Shown piece after piece: positions 63,260 to 64,000 of a stretch of 64,000 nucleotides of DNA. How positions within the stretch are numbered: the stretch's first letter is position 1; each line of letters begins with the position of its first letter. Source of the DNA: a virus. Its lineage: Duplodnaviria; Caudoviricetes. Under the pieces are notes generated by a model. It saw only the letters and a program-made list of their open reading frames with translations, had not been told where the DNA came from and made no database searches. Where the stretch lies: IMG/VR virus record IMGVR_UViG_3300032083_001406, positions 1,617 through 65,616 of that record; one strand, written 5' to 3'. The translations under genes and the position numbers were made by a program.

Positions 63260-63616
63260 TCAAAGTTGTCCGTGAACTCTAATAGTTATTGGAGAACCGT
63301 CTAAAGAAGCGTCAGAATTCGCTAATTGTGCTTCAATACCAGTAGTACCATCTTCTACGTTTATTTCCAAATAAAGAGTATCTCCAGTTGATGCACCATC
63401 TACTAGATTTAAACTATGTTTTACTAAACCCCCAGGAATTCTGGTAATAAACCCACAATTAATAGTTTTAAGCCCCAATGATGCAGCAGTAATAACTATT
63501 CCACCAGTAGTATATGTTTGAATGTCAATTGAAGCATCAACGACGTATTCATCACCTAATACTCTAGGTCTAGTGAAACCTTTATGGTTTGCCACTAATG
63601 TTACTGTATGTGCCAA
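63260..63616 (-). CDS. putative head decoration/minor virion protein
   Basis: YTTGG..ITAASLGL; downstream of the capsid gene. Confidence 0.55.
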   Translation of the reverse strand: MAHTVTLVANHKGFTRPRVLGDEYVVDASIDIQTYTTGGIVITAASLGLKTINCGFITRIPGGLVKHSLNLVDGASTGDTLYLEINVEDGTTGIEAQLANSDASLDGSPITIRVHGQL

Positions 63617-63626
63617 TTAAAACACC

Positions 63627-63890
63627 TCATTGCCCAATCGCTTGGAAATAGACAACATCACCGCTAACGCAATGAATCGCTACATCACCACTAGCAAGTG
63701 GTAAATTAGCGTTAATAACCGCCGCCGCCGCTTCTTCTGCTGAACCCTTATGTGTAAAAACTAAAGATTCTACCAAAGATAGCCCTGTTTCAATATTTCC
63801 GTCTGTTGAATCAGTAGTGGTTTGCCCACAAACTAATTTTCTGTTTCCTTCTAAATTCATTTCTAAATGTATAACTGTTGCAAATGCCAT
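63627..63890 (-). CDS. putative head decoration/minor virion protein
   Basis: IETGLSLV...YFQAIGQ; beta-rich; directly after the capsid gene. Confidence 0.55.
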   Translation of the reverse strand: MAFATVIHLEMNLEGNRKLVCGQTTTDSTDGNIETGLSLVESLVFTHKGSAEEAAAAVINANLPLASGDVAIHCVSGDVVYFQAIGQ

Positions 63891-63918
63891 ATATAATCAT
63901 CTCCTTTTCTTTTTTTCC

Positions 63919-64000
63919 TCATTGTACGTTAGTAATCTTACCCTGTCCCTTAAAGAAAGAACATCCGACTTCTCCGATTGTTCGGTATAATGCTCTGTTT
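63919..64000 (-). CDS. major capsid protein, C-terminal end (partial)
   Basis: NRALYRTIGEVGCSFFKGQGKITNVQ*, typical of HK97-fold capsid C-termini; gene-order context. Confidence 0.65.
   Translation of the reverse strand, partial: NRALYRTIGEVGCSFFKGQGKITNVQ

Overview
This AT-rich window looks like about two-thirds of a tailed (HK97-type) archaeal dsDNA virus genome, most consistent with a magrovirus (virus of Marine Group II/Poseidoniales); the assignment is inferred from gene content, not from a database search. It has three parts. (1) About 1-13.6 kb is an early/accessory region: small self-contained transcription units separated by a repeated palindrome (ACAACCATATGG..CTTTG), three diverged paralogs, several structured non-coding stretches, a candidate origin, two tRNAs and a UvrD helicase. 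(2) About 13.3-42.1 kb (+ strand) covers replication and metabolism: class II RNR, TFB, GroES/GroEL, ATP-dependent ligase, RFC, RPA-like protein, PCNA-like clamp, split PolB, Cas4-like nuclease, primase, ERCC4 nuclease, MCM-like helicase and an exonuclease. (3) About 42.1-64 kb (- strand) is morphogenesis, from the capsid C-terminus to the tail fibre. The most notable candidates are a virus-encoded ubiquitin-like system (Ubl ending GG-HY, E1/ThiF, JAB, possible Cys carrier), a five-gene membrane module built around an Arf/Sar-like small GTPase with a WW-like partner, the palindrome-delimited cassette array, and two histone-fold proteins. All product calls come from reading motifs by eye, and novelty could not be checked.
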